Source: Amoebidium appalachense (Eukaryota; Protista; Ichthyosporea). From it: DNA of 64,000 bases. Shown in pieces: positions 20,367 to 37,176 of this stretch. Position numbers and translations under genes: made by a program. The stretch is taken from assembly GCA_963693365.1 (NCBI GenBank), contig CAVNZM010000002.1, positions 10,410,328 to 10,474,327 on the forward strand, read 5' to 3'. Position 1 is the first letter of the stretch. Every line of letters begins with the position of its first letter. Under the pieces are notes generated by a model. It was given only the letters and a program-made list of their open reading frames with translations. It was not told the origin of the DNA and searched no databases.

Positions 20367-20539
20367 GGACGTGTAGGTATGTGTGGTAGGTGTGCGATAA
20401 TGTGCACACGCACACGCGCATGTATGGTTGCGTGTGTATGTGTGTGTGCCTGCGTGTGTGCGGCGTGGGGGGCACAGCACAGAGGGCACGGAGAAGAAGT
20501 CCAAGTCAGTGAAAACCGCTGCAAAGGATGAAGAATGGG

Positions 20540-21975
<1,436 letters not shown>

Positions 21976-23809
21976 GACGGGCCTCGGAGGCTCTTTCGAG
22001 GCCCTGATTGTGACAATACCAGGCAGCCTAATCAAAACAGCACGCACCTATCAGCACGTAGGCCACCACCAGCAGTGTCGACCACAGCACGCTCAGCGCC
22101 AGGCCCAGCCTGTCTGTAGTCTGCATCCTTGCCCGCTACAGCAGAGGGTAAGCAAGGCTGCGTATGTACATGGTAGGTATATGCCCACCCCTATGCTTGT
22201 GGCCTTGCGAAATGGCCGCACCAGCCCGGCGGTAACCGTTTCTCCGGGAGAGCCGTGCGCGAAGTTGTGCGCACCGCAAACATAACCAGAAAAACGTAAA
22301 TGCCCAATATTCTCTTGGCTGTCCTTTCGCTTCAAAATTTCCCCGTTCTGCGACTCTAACATTAGGCATATATCAAGTGCTTATTGTGCTTTTGTGCTCT
22401 TTCGTCTAATAGATTTAATATGCCGAACAACACAACAAGTCACTCAGACGAAGACGCCTTCTTTACCGTATTGAACTTACAGATGATAGCTGGCAAACAT
22501 TGATTGCAATTTCCTGAAAACAATTTTTTCCCCTTCCTCCGCCGAAATTTTACCCCGGGCAATGTCAGGTTATCAACATACGTATACAGGGGTGCCACTA
22601 GTATTGAGCACTGTACATAACATCCTGTTTACACAAAAAAAAACCAACGCTAGCAAATACATTTTTTAACCTGTAAAAAGTCACTCAGGTCAATATTAGA
22701 AACGCCAAACACTCCAATTTCGAAAAAAAGTTTTGGCTCATGTTCCCAGGCTCAATGGTTGGATCAGCGCCTCACATGACTGGGTGGCACTTCCGGCCAA
22801 TCAAACGATCGTGACATTCACGTACGTGACATGTTATCACTGCCAACTTCCAGGAGGAGTGTTGAACGCTCTGGGAAGAGCCAAGTTTCCGCAATTACTG
22901 CACATGAATAGGGGGTAAAGATTGTCATACAATAAAAAAGTCTTCCGATGTGTGTGCATTGTACATTTGTGTGGTTGAGCCTCCACGGGTTGCGGCGAAG
23001 CGGCTGCTTCGCAAACACTGAGCTGTTCTCCAAAGATGAAGATTCCACTGTTTGTTGCAAAGCACCCCAGTCTACGAATATCACGAACCAATGTAAACAA
23101 CACTTTCGATTCAAATGTATACAGGAAGAAGTAACCTTATTGTTTTGTAAGCCGTCGAGCTACGATTTAATAAGAGCTATTTCCACTGCAAATGCTACCC
23201 AAATCTTGTTATGTACAGATATAGACATATATCGTTAGCTTATATAAATATATCTGGGGACGTATACATACATGTACACGTATGTATATACATCTCGAGC
23301 TCGCGGTCCATATTACTGGGGCAGGCGAAAAGCCGTATCGGAATAATAAGACTGTCACAGCTTATAGAGGCTTTTTCTTTTTTTTTTTTTAACCTAAATA
23401 TCATGTTTGCAAGATTAGCTCAATCAGTTACGGATTCCGTTTTACTGAAGAGTTATTTTCGACTATCAAATTGCACAGGCCGAAGATAGGTATTTAGGGA
23501 TAACGTGACTGAGAGCTATTGGCTGCTTTGTACGGTCTGAGACACTGTCGACACCGACTAATCCATTGGCTTATTACCACACAGATCAACAATAAACATT
23601 GAGGTCTTTGCGCAGGCAAACGAAAACCCGTGCATGAGTACGACTTGAACAGCCCGTATTTAACGTAAGCTTGTTTAGAAATGGATTTTTAGCTGCTACT
23701 GAGTGTAGAACAAATATTAAGAAGATAGTTTTTTGAGGTAACTTAGTAAAAAAGATAGCTATTATACATGGCTATGGTTGGTTATAAATCACGCCTGCTT
23801 TTTTGCACA

Positions 23810-23871
23810 CCAATGTGACGTCCGAGCCAATAGAAAGGTGGCTTAGGTAGCCCGGCTGCTTTTTACACGTG
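23810..23871 (+). promoter_or_regulatory. Candidate upstream regulatory cluster of the GATA gene
   Basis: CCAAT (23810, 23827), TGACGT (23816) and CACGTG (23866) within about 60 nt, roughly 300 nt upstream of the ATG. Motif match only. Confidence 0.3.
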
Positions 23872-24171
23872 AACCGTCTGAGTCAACCCGTCACTTCACC
23901 GCGGGCGATCACTTACTGAGGGAACCTTTTTTTTGGCTCTTTTCCTAGTCTGTGTACAAACAGGGCCACTACTGGGCAGTTTGTAGCTGTTGTGTTGCGA
24001 AGCAAACGCGCACGTAATGGAAACCTAACATACGCGGTAGTTTAGGATGAAAGAAGGTGGACGGCCGCGCTTGGCAAAGAGCAAAGGAGTCAACGAAACA
24101 CGAGTTGACTACTTGAACATATGTGCATGGAAATCTTTCTCTAGTTGTTGAATAGACCAAACAGAGCAACC

Positions 24172-26688
24172 ATGGCAAGCATGTTGTGTGAAGAGGATTC
24201 GTTTTTGGACGAGTCTCTGCCCTTTGGAGACGACTTTGCGCTTTCGAATGATTTGAGTAGTGGTTCGACTGCCTCGATCAACGACGAGGCCGATATGAGC
24301 TCGGACATAGACGAGGAGATGTTTAGCTACCTTAACCCAAACAGCTTTCTGGACGCACCAGAGGGCATGGCAGACATTAAAGCGGAGGGCACCCAGCCCG
24401 TATTGTTTGCCAGCTGGCCTGCGCCTATGGTGCAGACGGTGACGAGCTCGAGGGCTGGGCACGACACAGCAGAGGGCTCCCGGGGTAGCACACCCGAGGC
24501 TGCGCCCTGCTCACAGGATGATGACAAGGATGCCATACCAGAAGAGGTCAGTAAGCCACTCCTGCTGTGGTTTGCTGATTGAGAAGAGGGCCCATTGGAT
24601 TCTTAGGGGCAGGCTGGGCGGCTATGTGGTTCATGTTGTAACACACTGTGCCCAGGTACTCAGACGGTCGAGCCCCATGGCCCCCGAGGAGGAGCGTGTG
24701 TGCCGGAACTGCTGGACGGCCCAGACGGTAAGGCCTGCCCTGAGGCATCCTTAAGTTGGTTGGGCAAGGTTTCTGTCCACTACTGTGGGATGTTGTCTGG
24801 TAGTTTTTGTGGCATAGACAGCTTGTACTGTATAAAAGTTGACAGGTTATTACCTTTTTTGAGGTGGAAAAAAATCTTCTTTTTATAGGTATTAGTTGTG
24901 GTTGTTGGGTTGTTCCAGTCGGGAAAAGAGCGTGCAGCCACTAAACGCACGGATGGGGCACCTATTGACCTACCTGTGCAAGGAATGCTTGTTCTGTGTT
25001 TCCTGGTGGGGCAGATGTTGCAGGCAGTATGCAAAAAAAAGGTACAGAGGTGGAAAAAAAAGGTGGGAGGGGGGGGGGGGGGAATAATTAGGTGTCCGGG
25101 CAAAACAAGTGTGTGGGGGGAGGAAGGGAGATGTTATTACTCTTGTGGAGTGCTTACGGTCAGTGACCCAACAGCCTCTGTGGAGAAGGGATGAAACGGG
25201 CTGCTTCCTGTGCAACGCTTGCGGTTTGTACCAGAAAACCTACGGCAAGGCCCGCCCATACCACGAACGTCAGCTGCCCGCAAAAAAGAAGCCAGCCCGG
25301 CCACAGGGTCAGCTTCACTGCAAAAACTGCCTCACTACCGAGACCAGCTTATGGCGCAGGTCAGTTGTGTGTCGTGAAATCTATACCATATGCCTGGACT
25401 TTATTGTTGATTTAGTGAGGTGAATTCTTGTGGCACCTAGTTGCAGGGGAGGGTCTTCAGTGTATTGATTGATCAAGATCGAGGGAAAGTATTGATTTAT
25501 TTTGTGAAAACAGGGGACCTGGCCGGTCTGGTCACGAGACCTACTGCAACGCCTGCGGTCTGTACTGGAAGATCCACGGGGCACAAAGACCAGTTAAATC
25601 CATCGTTCCTCAGCCACTCCGTCGGCGGCACAGGGTGTGGAAAAAGACACCATACTCTTCCGATGAGAAGGTGGGTACTACGTCATATCTCCCTCTTCTC
25701 TTACTCCTCCTCCTTTCATATATTCTGATCTTATTAGCTAGGTTGCATCCCCTTTGGCTAAGATTTCTTCAAAGGGTAGCTCAATAAGTTGTCTTTCTCG
25801 TGCGACATTTTGGGCGTTTTTGTGAAGAAGGGAGGCTGACCCACCATCCTCCTGCAGCAGACAAAGAGCCAGCCGTCATCTCCAAGTGCGTCTTTCTCTC
25901 CGCGAGACATTAAATCCGAGTCCTCACCTCCGTCCCTGACCGGGTCACCACAAATGTCCATGCACCAATTGTCGCCCCAGAGTGACTATTCCAGCGAGGA
26001 TGGTTGTGCCCGCTCTACCGCTGCTGATGGCCAGGCAACACCACCCAGTGGCCCAACATACGGCGCTATGCCTCCTCCCCCGTTTATGCCTCCCTCGTTT
26101 GCCCCCTGGGGCCAGGCACCAGGGGCACCACCAGCCATGTACCCCTACCCCTTTGCGCCCTACAACCCTTTTGCGGCGCTCATTGCCGCCCAGTTTCTAG
26201 CCCCGGCCCTTTACGGGGCGTCACTTCCCAATGCTGCCACGCCACCACAGCCTTCCGCAGCACAAACGACCACGTCTAGCCCGGTTGGTTCGTTTACCGC
26301 GGACCCACAGGCCACACAGCAAATGCTTGCGGCGGCAGCCAAGGCACTTGAGGGCATGGCTCTGGCGCACATGCAGCACCAGCACCAGATGGCGGCCGCA
26401 GCGGCAAGCCAGGAGCCAGAGGCGGCAGCAAGGACACGTGAGCAGGCCCCTGCGGCAGCCCCCATGATGGCCCAGCACTGGCAGCCAATTGCACCCATTC
26501 GCCCGGCACCAGGCCCAGGCGAGGGCCAAGGAGCAGCCACGGCACAGGGTGCGCCTAAGCCGCTGCTACCCCGCAAGTTCAAGATGGTGCAGCACAAGTT
26601 TGGTGGGTCGAGTAAGAGGCCTGTGGCTGCATATGGCGGCACCGCAAGGGCAAATGTGCTGATAAGGCCCAAGCCTGAGACCAAGTGA
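24172..26688 (+). CDS. GATA-type transcription factor with two zinc fingers, 5 exons: 24172-24546, 24656-24727, 25175-25359, 25514-25670, 25858-26688; 539 aa
   Basis: Finger 1 is [28 protein letters not shown] (CX2CX17CX2C). Finger 2 is [36 protein letters not shown] (CX2CX20CX2C). Acidic N-terminus, P/A/Q-rich C-terminus. All introns GT-AG with frame maintained; NAGNAG at the last acceptor. Confidence 0.92.
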
Positions 26689-27739
26689 GATGTACTGGAT
26701 TAATGGATTGGTTTGCGGGTTTTTTTTGTTTTGTTTTGTTTTGTTATTGTTATTGTTATTGTTATTGTTATCGTTTGAATGAATTCGTGGGATTGGGTGG
26801 TTTTGTTACGGGCGCTGCTGGACAGCAGGTATATATTTGCATGAAAAGTGTTGCATGTTGGATTTGGTTTCTTCCCTCGCACCCCCTGACGTGATTTAAA
26901 TATGCACTCGAGCAAAATACGTGAATGAAACTCTGTGGGAATGGATTTGATATATAGTTCGACTACGAAATGCCTGACCGGATATGCCCACAGCCAGTCG
27001 AGGTTGTGTTGTTGGCTTTCCACCTCAAACGTGTAAGATATGTTGAATAGGTAGGAGCGCACGGAAACTTTTCATATATTTGAGATTGAATGGGCCATGC
27101 CCGGACGATGGCAGTACGTATGCTCGTGGTGGTTGTGTAAGCGGAAATAAAGCTACCAATGGATTGCGAGTCTTGGTCTTGTTTCTGCTGTACTACGTAC
27201 TTTTGCGTATGACTGTTGCATTCTCTCGCTGTGGTCGAACGATTCTTGACCTTTCCAAATATATCGCCAGTGATGTGTACACCAAAATTCTCCGGGGTAC
27301 GCTTTCACATAGCACACAATGTGCATTGAGGCTGCAACTAATACCTTGAAAAGAATACCCACACCCCTTTGGATTAACCCACCTTCCTTTGGAAAGTTTA
27401 ACGGCGCGGGTGCAGGGAGGAGGAAGTACATAGTCAAATAGCCTCGACCGTTAGCGACATATCCCAAATTCCTCTGTCAATGCAGGCCCCCCCGGGCCCC
27501 AGGGCCCCCTGCCCCGAGTTTTACCTCGTTTCGAATTCCCAGATCCTGCCTAAGGCTTCCCTGAATCCCCCCTTCCCCCCCCCCCCCCCCCCCCCCCCTT
27601 CCCGCACACACACACGTACACACCGAAGTCTTAAAAACCCTGGCAGACTATAAGGAGAATCGGTAAAGGGTGCAGGGTGGTTGACCATGTAATCGACGGC
27701 TCCGGGGCTTGGGTGCCGATGGAGGGTGAATGGGGGTGT

Positions 27740-28950
<1,211 letters not shown>

Positions 28951-30267
28951 GACCGGTGTGTGTGTTTTTGCCAAGTTCTCGATGAATTTTAAAACCGGGA
29001 AAGGGAGTGATAAGAGAGGATTCAACCTGAAAACGAGCTAATTAGGCCCATTCAGCACACCCTCAGCATAAGAATCGAGCCTCGAATTCGAAAGACCGTC
29101 GCGAGCTTACAGGCCCAGGAGGACTTTCTGTGTGCGAGAGAGGAGGAGGGAGTGGGGAGCAGTGACCAAAGCATGCGGAGTGTTAACCGTTTTAATGTAG
29201 TGCCGTGATTTGGTGGGAAACTCCCCGTACAGCAAGAGAAACCGGTCATTCAGATTTCAATATGGCATTTATTATTTTCAGGCAGTGTGATATCGATGCG
29301 TGTGTTGCGTCGAGCAACCCCTTACAAACAGTACCACACTGTCGAAAACATAAGTGCCTCCCTGCTCGCTAAGCTTTGATAATCTTCGAAAGGTTCCGGC
29401 CCTGAGAAGCTTTGGCAGCTAACAAGCGCACCGTCATGCTGGCAGGCTGGCAGGAATTCGTCAGCCTGAGTGAGTGAAGAAAAAGGCGGGAAACGTGATC
29501 ATGCGTACCAGGGTAGAGATTACGAACGAAAATCGTCGTTATTACGATTAACGAGAGACCCCGATACGAATAAGGTTGGGGTGCCGTCATAACAGCTTTC
29601 GTATCAGATGTTTAGCGTAAAATATGCTCGACTATCTAATCTTGCCTATTTTTTCAGTATTTCTGTTCAAGAACCTATCTGCAGCTCTCTTGCTGTGCAA
29701 TATCGACCCCGACCAGTGCTCAGGGCCTGTAATCCTGCAATACTCAATTTGTAAAAATGCGCATTTTGGAAGTTTTGACTGGAGGGGCGTTTTCGACGGG
29801 GCTGAACGCTACACAAGAACCCCCCCATTGCGATGAAATAGTCCGTTACGATTGGCCCAAGGGCCATACGGTTAGGCTGGTCAACCCCAGCCCAACCCTG
29901 ATGCGTACAAACAGATGATTGGCTAGAAATCTTGCCTTTGTGATATTGGGCGGGAAAATTACTTGCTTTATTTGGCAAGTCCTCTGAGACGATCGTCGAG
30001 AGCCGGACAAAAAGGGGTCCTTTTCAGAATGCATGTCAGTTTATTTTAGTCCAAAAGACCCCTTAGTTTAGGAGCTAGCGAGGAAAACAGCTGAAGATTT
30101 GCCCATTAGCGTGTATTTTTTGCTTGTGACTATCGCCAATGATTCTTTTCTGTGTCGAGAAAACTCCTTCGGCTCAATACCTGTCACTCTGCTGTGTGCA
30201 TGTTCAAGTGCTCCTTCAAGAACGACCAGCTACAACACCAACGTTGTTTCCCACTTCCCACTGCAAG

Positions 30268-32310
30268 ATGGCTACTATCGTCGAGCCCCCCAAACAGGTG
30301 AATGCACCTGCTCTTCCTTCTTTGGCATTGGTAAAAGAAAGGATGTTTTAGAGCCACATTGGAAGGCTATCAGAACTGCTTTTGTTGCTCGTACGGTGCC
30401 ACATAGAAGCTGCAGAGGAATGGGAGTTAACAAGACGTTGGCCAATCCCTTCTGTTAACCCTTGCACTCGAGAAGTTCTTTCTAACTGTATTTTACCCAC
30501 AGCAGCTTTTGCCGAGTGAGATGCAGAGCCAGATTCTGCTGAAGAATCTCATCCGCACAACGGTAAGTGCCTGCTCTTTTACAGCAAAAGATGGGGAGAT
30601 GCAGTTGAGGGAAGTTCTTTAAATACCGTTTAGGCAATTCCATGAGAACACCAACGCTCAACAATACAACATATGATGAATTATTGCAATTATCTATGGT
30701 TTAATCTTTTAGCATCTTGATGTTTTGGAAGGCTTGGTCATTTTGCAAGCGTTCTGTTTAATTGCAACTTGACTTGGATTGAAAGAATTTTGCTGCACCT
30801 GGAGTTTGTTTCTAACACGTTCCCCCTGCAGCTCTCCACGATGTCCTATCTCAGGTGTGTAATAATTCCCACCCAAAACAACCAGCCGGCAACTACACCT
30901 AACCCTCTCAATACCACATACTGTTCCTTTACATCTCTCCCCCCCCCCCCCCCCCCCCCCCTTCCCTCCCCCCCTCCAAACACATCTCCCCCCCCCTCCC
31001 TTCCCCCCCCCCCCGACTGCCCCTCCCCCTCTTCCCCCCCCCCTCGCCCCCCGTCCCCCCGGGGGCCTGCTCTCTCGTTTCCAAGCCAAGGCACATCAAA
31101 GCATTCTGTTCTCATCCCCTATGTCATCACTCTCAGGCGGTTGACCGCTTTAGAGGTCCGGACCAGTTCGCCAACAAATGTAGAACCCAGAGTCTGCACA
31201 TTCTCAATATACTGCCTTATTGCACTACTCGAAAGCTGGTTGAGAACTCCCTTACTGTAGTACCTGAAAAGTGGTTGAGAAGCCGCTATAGTAATAAGGT
31301 AGAAAAGGAAATCTTTTGATTACTGTGAACAAGCGAGAAACAAGTAGATTTTTGCATTGTATCGCGACAGGCACTGCAAAAACAGCTTGTAGCATTTACC
31401 TTTCTCACAGAACACCTGATTTGCTTCGTTATGACCGTTGTTTCCCTTTGGTGTGCGAGCTTGCTTTGTTGTTTCCTTTTTGTGGCATAGCTCCACTCGT
31501 ACCAAACCGTATCTTGCAGGGATCTGTTCTCTGAGGATGCATATGACGACCGCCAAATTGAAGGTAGGTTTCGTTCTGTAGCTCTCTCTCTCCACTCTCC
31601 ACTCCGCACATGCTTATTCGGCTTTCGTATTATTCCCCTTTCGTATCACACCCCTGTATTTTCCCATTCTTGTAAACCGTTCTCTTACCGGTCTCTGAGC
31701 CTCCTTTCGTGTCAGCGCCGCTGTGCACCTCCCCCCTCCCCCCCCCCCCTCCCCGTTTCCCGCTCCCCTCCTCCCCCCCCTTCCCCCCGCCCCCCGCGCA
31801 TGGTCCCTCCTCCTGACTCCTCCCCCTTTTCCCCACCCCCCTTTTTCCCGCTTCCCTACCCGCTTCTCCCCCCTACCTCTTCCCCCTTGCCCTCTTCTTT
31901 CCCCCCAAAAGCCAAATGAAATTCCATCCTCTAATTTTACTTAATCAGTACTAAATTACAAATTAACATCGGATGCAGGGAGCAGTGAATGCTTAGAAAT
32001 ATTCGAGGGAACACTTGGGCGCGGGGAGAAGCAAAAGACTGTGAGCTCATGCTTTATGGTACAGGGCTGAACCTGAAGGTGCTAAAGCGTAATGTGTCTG
32101 ACGAAGCTAACTTGCTGATTGACTGGTGTGTGCCCCTCCCCCCCCCCCCCCCCCCCCCCCCCCCCCAGCACCACCACCACCACCACCACCACCACCCACC
32201 CCCATTTAAACGACCACCATTTCGCCAACCTCCCTCTTTCCCTTCTTCCGAACCCCCTCTCGTTCGACCCAACCCAGGTGAAGCCCTTACCTCTGCATTC
32301 CATGCTTTCC

Positions 32311-32378
<68 letters not shown>

Positions 32379-33861
32379 AGAGAAGCCCCTGTCCGTTTCC
32401 TTCTATCCTTGCCACATCTGCCTGCGAAGAAAATAGATTCGTATCACACCACCACTCTATTGTTTGGCGTTCTTTTGCCTACAATCCATTGGGTATTGCG
32501 CGCCAAACCTGCAACATGTATTGGTGAAACAAGATTGCTCTGTTGCGGAGAATGTGCAATGTAGATGCACATGGTTGCAGCAGCATGATTCAGAAACAAC
32601 CACTAACATTGGGGTTTGGGGTCGGGGTCTGATGCTTGCTCCACCATCAACATTGGGCTTACTGCAGGCTGGAACAAGGGTAAGCCGTGTATGTGTTTTT
32701 CTTTTTTGAGGACGAAAGGAAAAATGTTCGGTATCAGGCACCTTTTTGGGCAATCGGAACGTGTGTGGTTTTGCTGTTGAAGAGGGGTAGGGAGGGGCAG
32801 GGGGCAGGGGGGGGATTCGGGGCTCAGAGGCAGATGGCAGCAAGGTTCAAGAACATGGTCAAATCGTATTGCCTGCTGATATCCCCAGGTACTTGTTGGA
32901 TAACCTGCTAACATTTCAAAACCCAACCAGGTGCTTTGATGCCCTCAACAAGAAATACGTAAGCCCCCCCCCTCCCCCCCCCCCCCCCCCAAAAAAAAAA
33001 AAAAAAAAAAAAAGAAAAGAAAAAAGCGCCCTCCCCCACCTTTCACTTTTCTCTTGTATCTTGAGCATCTCAAGGAGAGAGAGAGAAGATGTGTGTTGCA
33101 GCGAGGCAGAGCTCGTAGGTTGGAAGCCTTCAAGAGCACAAGTAGAGTGTATGTGTCCGTTGGTTGGTTGGTTGGTTGGTTTGGGTTGGGGGGGGGGGGG
33201 GGGGGGGGGGGGAGGGGGGGCCCTGAGCAGCAAGGAATGTGAATTTGACTGGTTAGATGGTTTAGGTGGTGAGTGAAAGGGCCTCAGGGGCTATTTACCA
33301 TGGTGGTGGGTGAGGGACGGGGTAAGATGGGGATCAGGCAAGCAGGCAGCGGAAGTGAGGGAGAAATGGGGTGCTTCAGGTAGGTGTGTAAGGGAACAAG
33401 AAGCTCGGAATGGGCATTGGAAGGGGCAGGCAGGGAACGGGACAGAGAAAGCGAATGGCTGGGAATGAGCGAAGAAACCATCTGAACTAAAAACTTGAAC
33501 TGGACTTCTCTCACATGTAGAATCATTGTATCAATATGTGATTAAGACAGGCAGCCATGGTTATGCAATGTGGGGTCATGACTTATTCGTAATTTATTCC
33601 CTGCATGTGGGTGGTGGTGGTCGCATCTACAGCTGAAGGCGATGGTGCTCGGGGTAAGTGCGTCCGTCTCCCTTAGTTTAGCACCTGCCATGTCTTTGTA
33701 CGTGTGTGGTATGGATGTGTTTCCTTTTTGTGTTTGTGTTTGTATCTGTGTCTGCGCGTGTGTGTGCGCGCACGCATGTGTGTTTGGGTGTGTGGGTGTA
33801 TGTGTGGATGTGCGTGGGTGTGTATACAAGAACACGTTGCCCCCCTTCTCCCCCCTCCCCC

Positions 33862-33903
<42 letters not shown>

Positions 33904-34829
33904 AAAAAAATGCATGTAACACCAAAAATGCATGTACCAAAAGTCATCCTTGCTCTCCATCCAATCTGAGCATTCTTTCCAACTCTGTCCTCTAATTCAA
34001 TGAGGCTGAACATAATTCATTCAGACAGCCTGCTCTCTTTCCGTCACTCTTCAATGCACATTCTACCGTGAATTGGGTTGTGCATACACCACACAGATAG
34101 TATTCCTGTGCTCTTAATGACTTGCTAGAAAATCGACACTGCTTAGTACCTAACACTAACCAAATGTGGGGCATGCTTCAGATCTGCACTGAGGATGACA
34201 AGCCTGTGGAGTCCTACACCTTCAAGTTCTCCTACGACGACAATGCAGATGCAAGCACCAACACCGGTGTCCAGATGTTTCAGAACGACAAGAAGATTGG
34301 CGCTGCACAGGCAAAGACCAAGGATGAGGCAAGTGGGGAGTCGTCTATTGCTTTGTGTATGTATGTACGGGATTATGGTCTAACAAACGAGGTATATGTA
34401 TACATATTTGTTCGAACAGATGAAATGGCACAAGAATAATCTAGTTACCAAAAAATTGTGATGATCTACCATATATGGTAGTGGTCGTCCTCAGGATTCG
34501 TGTTGAGCATGATAGATGCGAAGGTGGTTTTGTCAAGTTTTTGGTGGGTATATTTGCTCTTCATCATTCAGGGTTTCGTAACTAAAAAACCATCACAGTG
34601 AACAAGCGGCTGTGCAAGCAAAGGCAATTCTCCTCTGCCGATGGTGTGTGTCCAAGTGCCCCTTACGGCATTTCCTGGTAGATGGGGCAATGTGTGCTTA
34701 TGCACTTTTTCTGTTTTTCAGATCCGCAAGGCCACCGTCCGCATGCTGAGGACACTTGTCACCATCACCCAGACGCTCAAGCCCCTGCCAGGTGGGTCCG
34801 GATCCTTGTGTGTGCTTATGCCGGCCGGT

Positions 34830-34894
<65 letters not shown>

Positions 34895-37125
34895 AAAAAA
34901 AAAGAAAGCATATGCTTACAGACACCCCACCCGCCCCATTCCCATCCGGGACCTCTATGCTCTTGTACTGTCTCCTCTGCTTGGAGGTGCAAGCACGATG
35001 GCTACCGTGATGTTAATGTCTGTAACCAAAACCTCTCCCATTTCCTTCCACCCTAATCACATGTTATCCAACTAATCATGGTGACCGTCCATGCAGAGCC
35101 ACGGTTTCTCGTTATGCGCTTGTACTTCTACACTGACCGCACACCCGAGGACTACCAGCCCCGCTTCTTCCAGGATGCTGGCGACAAGCCAGAGCCCAAG
35201 ATGGACGGCGAGATCCACAAACACAAGATCGGCTGCATCGAAACACCGTCCCACAGGTATGCACCCCAGTGCCACACCCCAAGCGTTCCTCTCGATAGCT
35301 ACTGGCAGGGTAGACGTTTCATAACGGGATTGTCATGGCGGTGGTTGATTTGTCTGGCTACACGTGTGTTACCTGCATGAGCATAAATTTAATTATTTAT
35401 TTAAGTGCCCCCAAATCGGGGTGTTCCTCGTTTCAAGGCTTGTGATGGTTATTGATCCGAGTGGCTGTTTAACCATTGTTTCCTTCTTACCGATAAGGGT
35501 TAACGCCGTAATGAGTGGTTTGTCGGCGATATTTTTATAGCGACTTTTAAGTGTCTTTTGCTGGCTGGAGAAAACATGGGTCCATAGAATCCTATTTTTC
35601 GTTTTGCTCCATTTTGTCCATTCCACTGAGGTTAACTTTGTGTACTCCTTTTTGTTCTTGTTAATGCTTTGGCCCTAGAGCCGAAAGGGATGGTGAAAGC
35701 AGCGAGATTATTGGTCACACGTTTTGTTTTGTTTGGTTGTTTGTTGGTATTTTTGGGTATCCTATGTAGCATATGTTGTCTCTTTCGTTGGCAGCAAGCC
35801 ATGGCCCTCTGGTTGTCGGAGTCTAGGGACGGCTACTAACCATGGGGTTGGCACGGCACGACTAGCATGAAGCTTCGTCTGAGGACAGGTGAAGTGTCTC
35901 GTTTGCGCTTGATTTGCCGTATTCGGGGTTTTTTTTTTTTTTTTTTTTTTTTTTTGCTATGAGCTGTGTGTGTCTGTAAACTCGTGTGGTTAATCTTCAA
36001 CATACCGGCAGGGATAGATCGAACGCTTGCTCGTAACTTGTTTGGACCTCATTATTTTCACCCAGTCTCGCATTCTATAAGAACTCTTTGGTTCATTCTC
36101 TCTTCTCTTCTCGTTTAAAAACTTAATTCAACTGGTTTTTTCCACCCAATTCTTTTTTGTGTTTTGTTTTGTTTTGTTTTGCTTTTGGTGTTTCAACGTG
36201 GTGAGGTTCGTGTGACTTTGTGGTCGGTCCATTCCTGTTGTACATATGCACACGTGAACAGTGCGCTTGCCGATGGTGGCAACATTTCTATGTATTCCTG
36301 GGAAATGATCCGGTCACTGGACGTGGGAGGGTAGTGCAGCCGTGACAAAGGTTTATCCGATTTTGTGCATTTGTCCTGTTTTGGCTCTTTTCTCTGTGTA
36401 TTTAGTGAGGGTGGCTGGGGTTGTGATTTTCGGTATATGGTTTCTGGTGTTGGATGTTTTGCTCTTTCGGGGGATATGGGGTTGGGTGTTTGGGGCGGGT
36501 GTTTGGGGCAGGGGGGGGAGGGAGGGGGGGGGGGGGGGGAGGAGAAAGGGGAGGGGGGGGGGGGGAGGGGGAGGGGGCGATGGGGGCAAAAACGAGATGA
36601 CATTATCACTCACGAATACCGACAACGGATCATTTTTGTCTCATGGAACGAGTGTGGCAGAGCATTTGGGTTGCCAACAATCCTTGTTCAACTCGCACTT
36701 TGAAAATTTGAAGCTAGCCCTCCCCCCCCTCGCCCCCTGCCCCTTCTTCCCCACTCCCCCCTTGCCCCCCCCCCACACATTACTGCCCTCTCCCCATCGC
36801 CTGCACGATCGCCGTCTCCACGATCCCCTCCCCCCCTTCTTCCTGCCTTGCTGCTCCCACCCTCCCACCCTGTCTGCCCCTTCATCGATCTACCGTCACC
36901 TAGAAGCATGTCACCGTAACACACCTTGCATAGCTGCAGTGTGCCTGTGGTATGCCTGCTGGGTGAAGACAGCTGCCACGTGTACTCACTCACCCTATTG
37001 CAGCTGCCGACATGGAGGAGGCCCTCGAGGGTTCCCCGACAGCCGCCGATGCATCCAATACTTCCCCCATTGCAAAGGTAAAAATGTCACCACCACCACC
37101 ACCACACACAAACAACATATCCACA

Positions 37126-37176
<51 letters not shown>

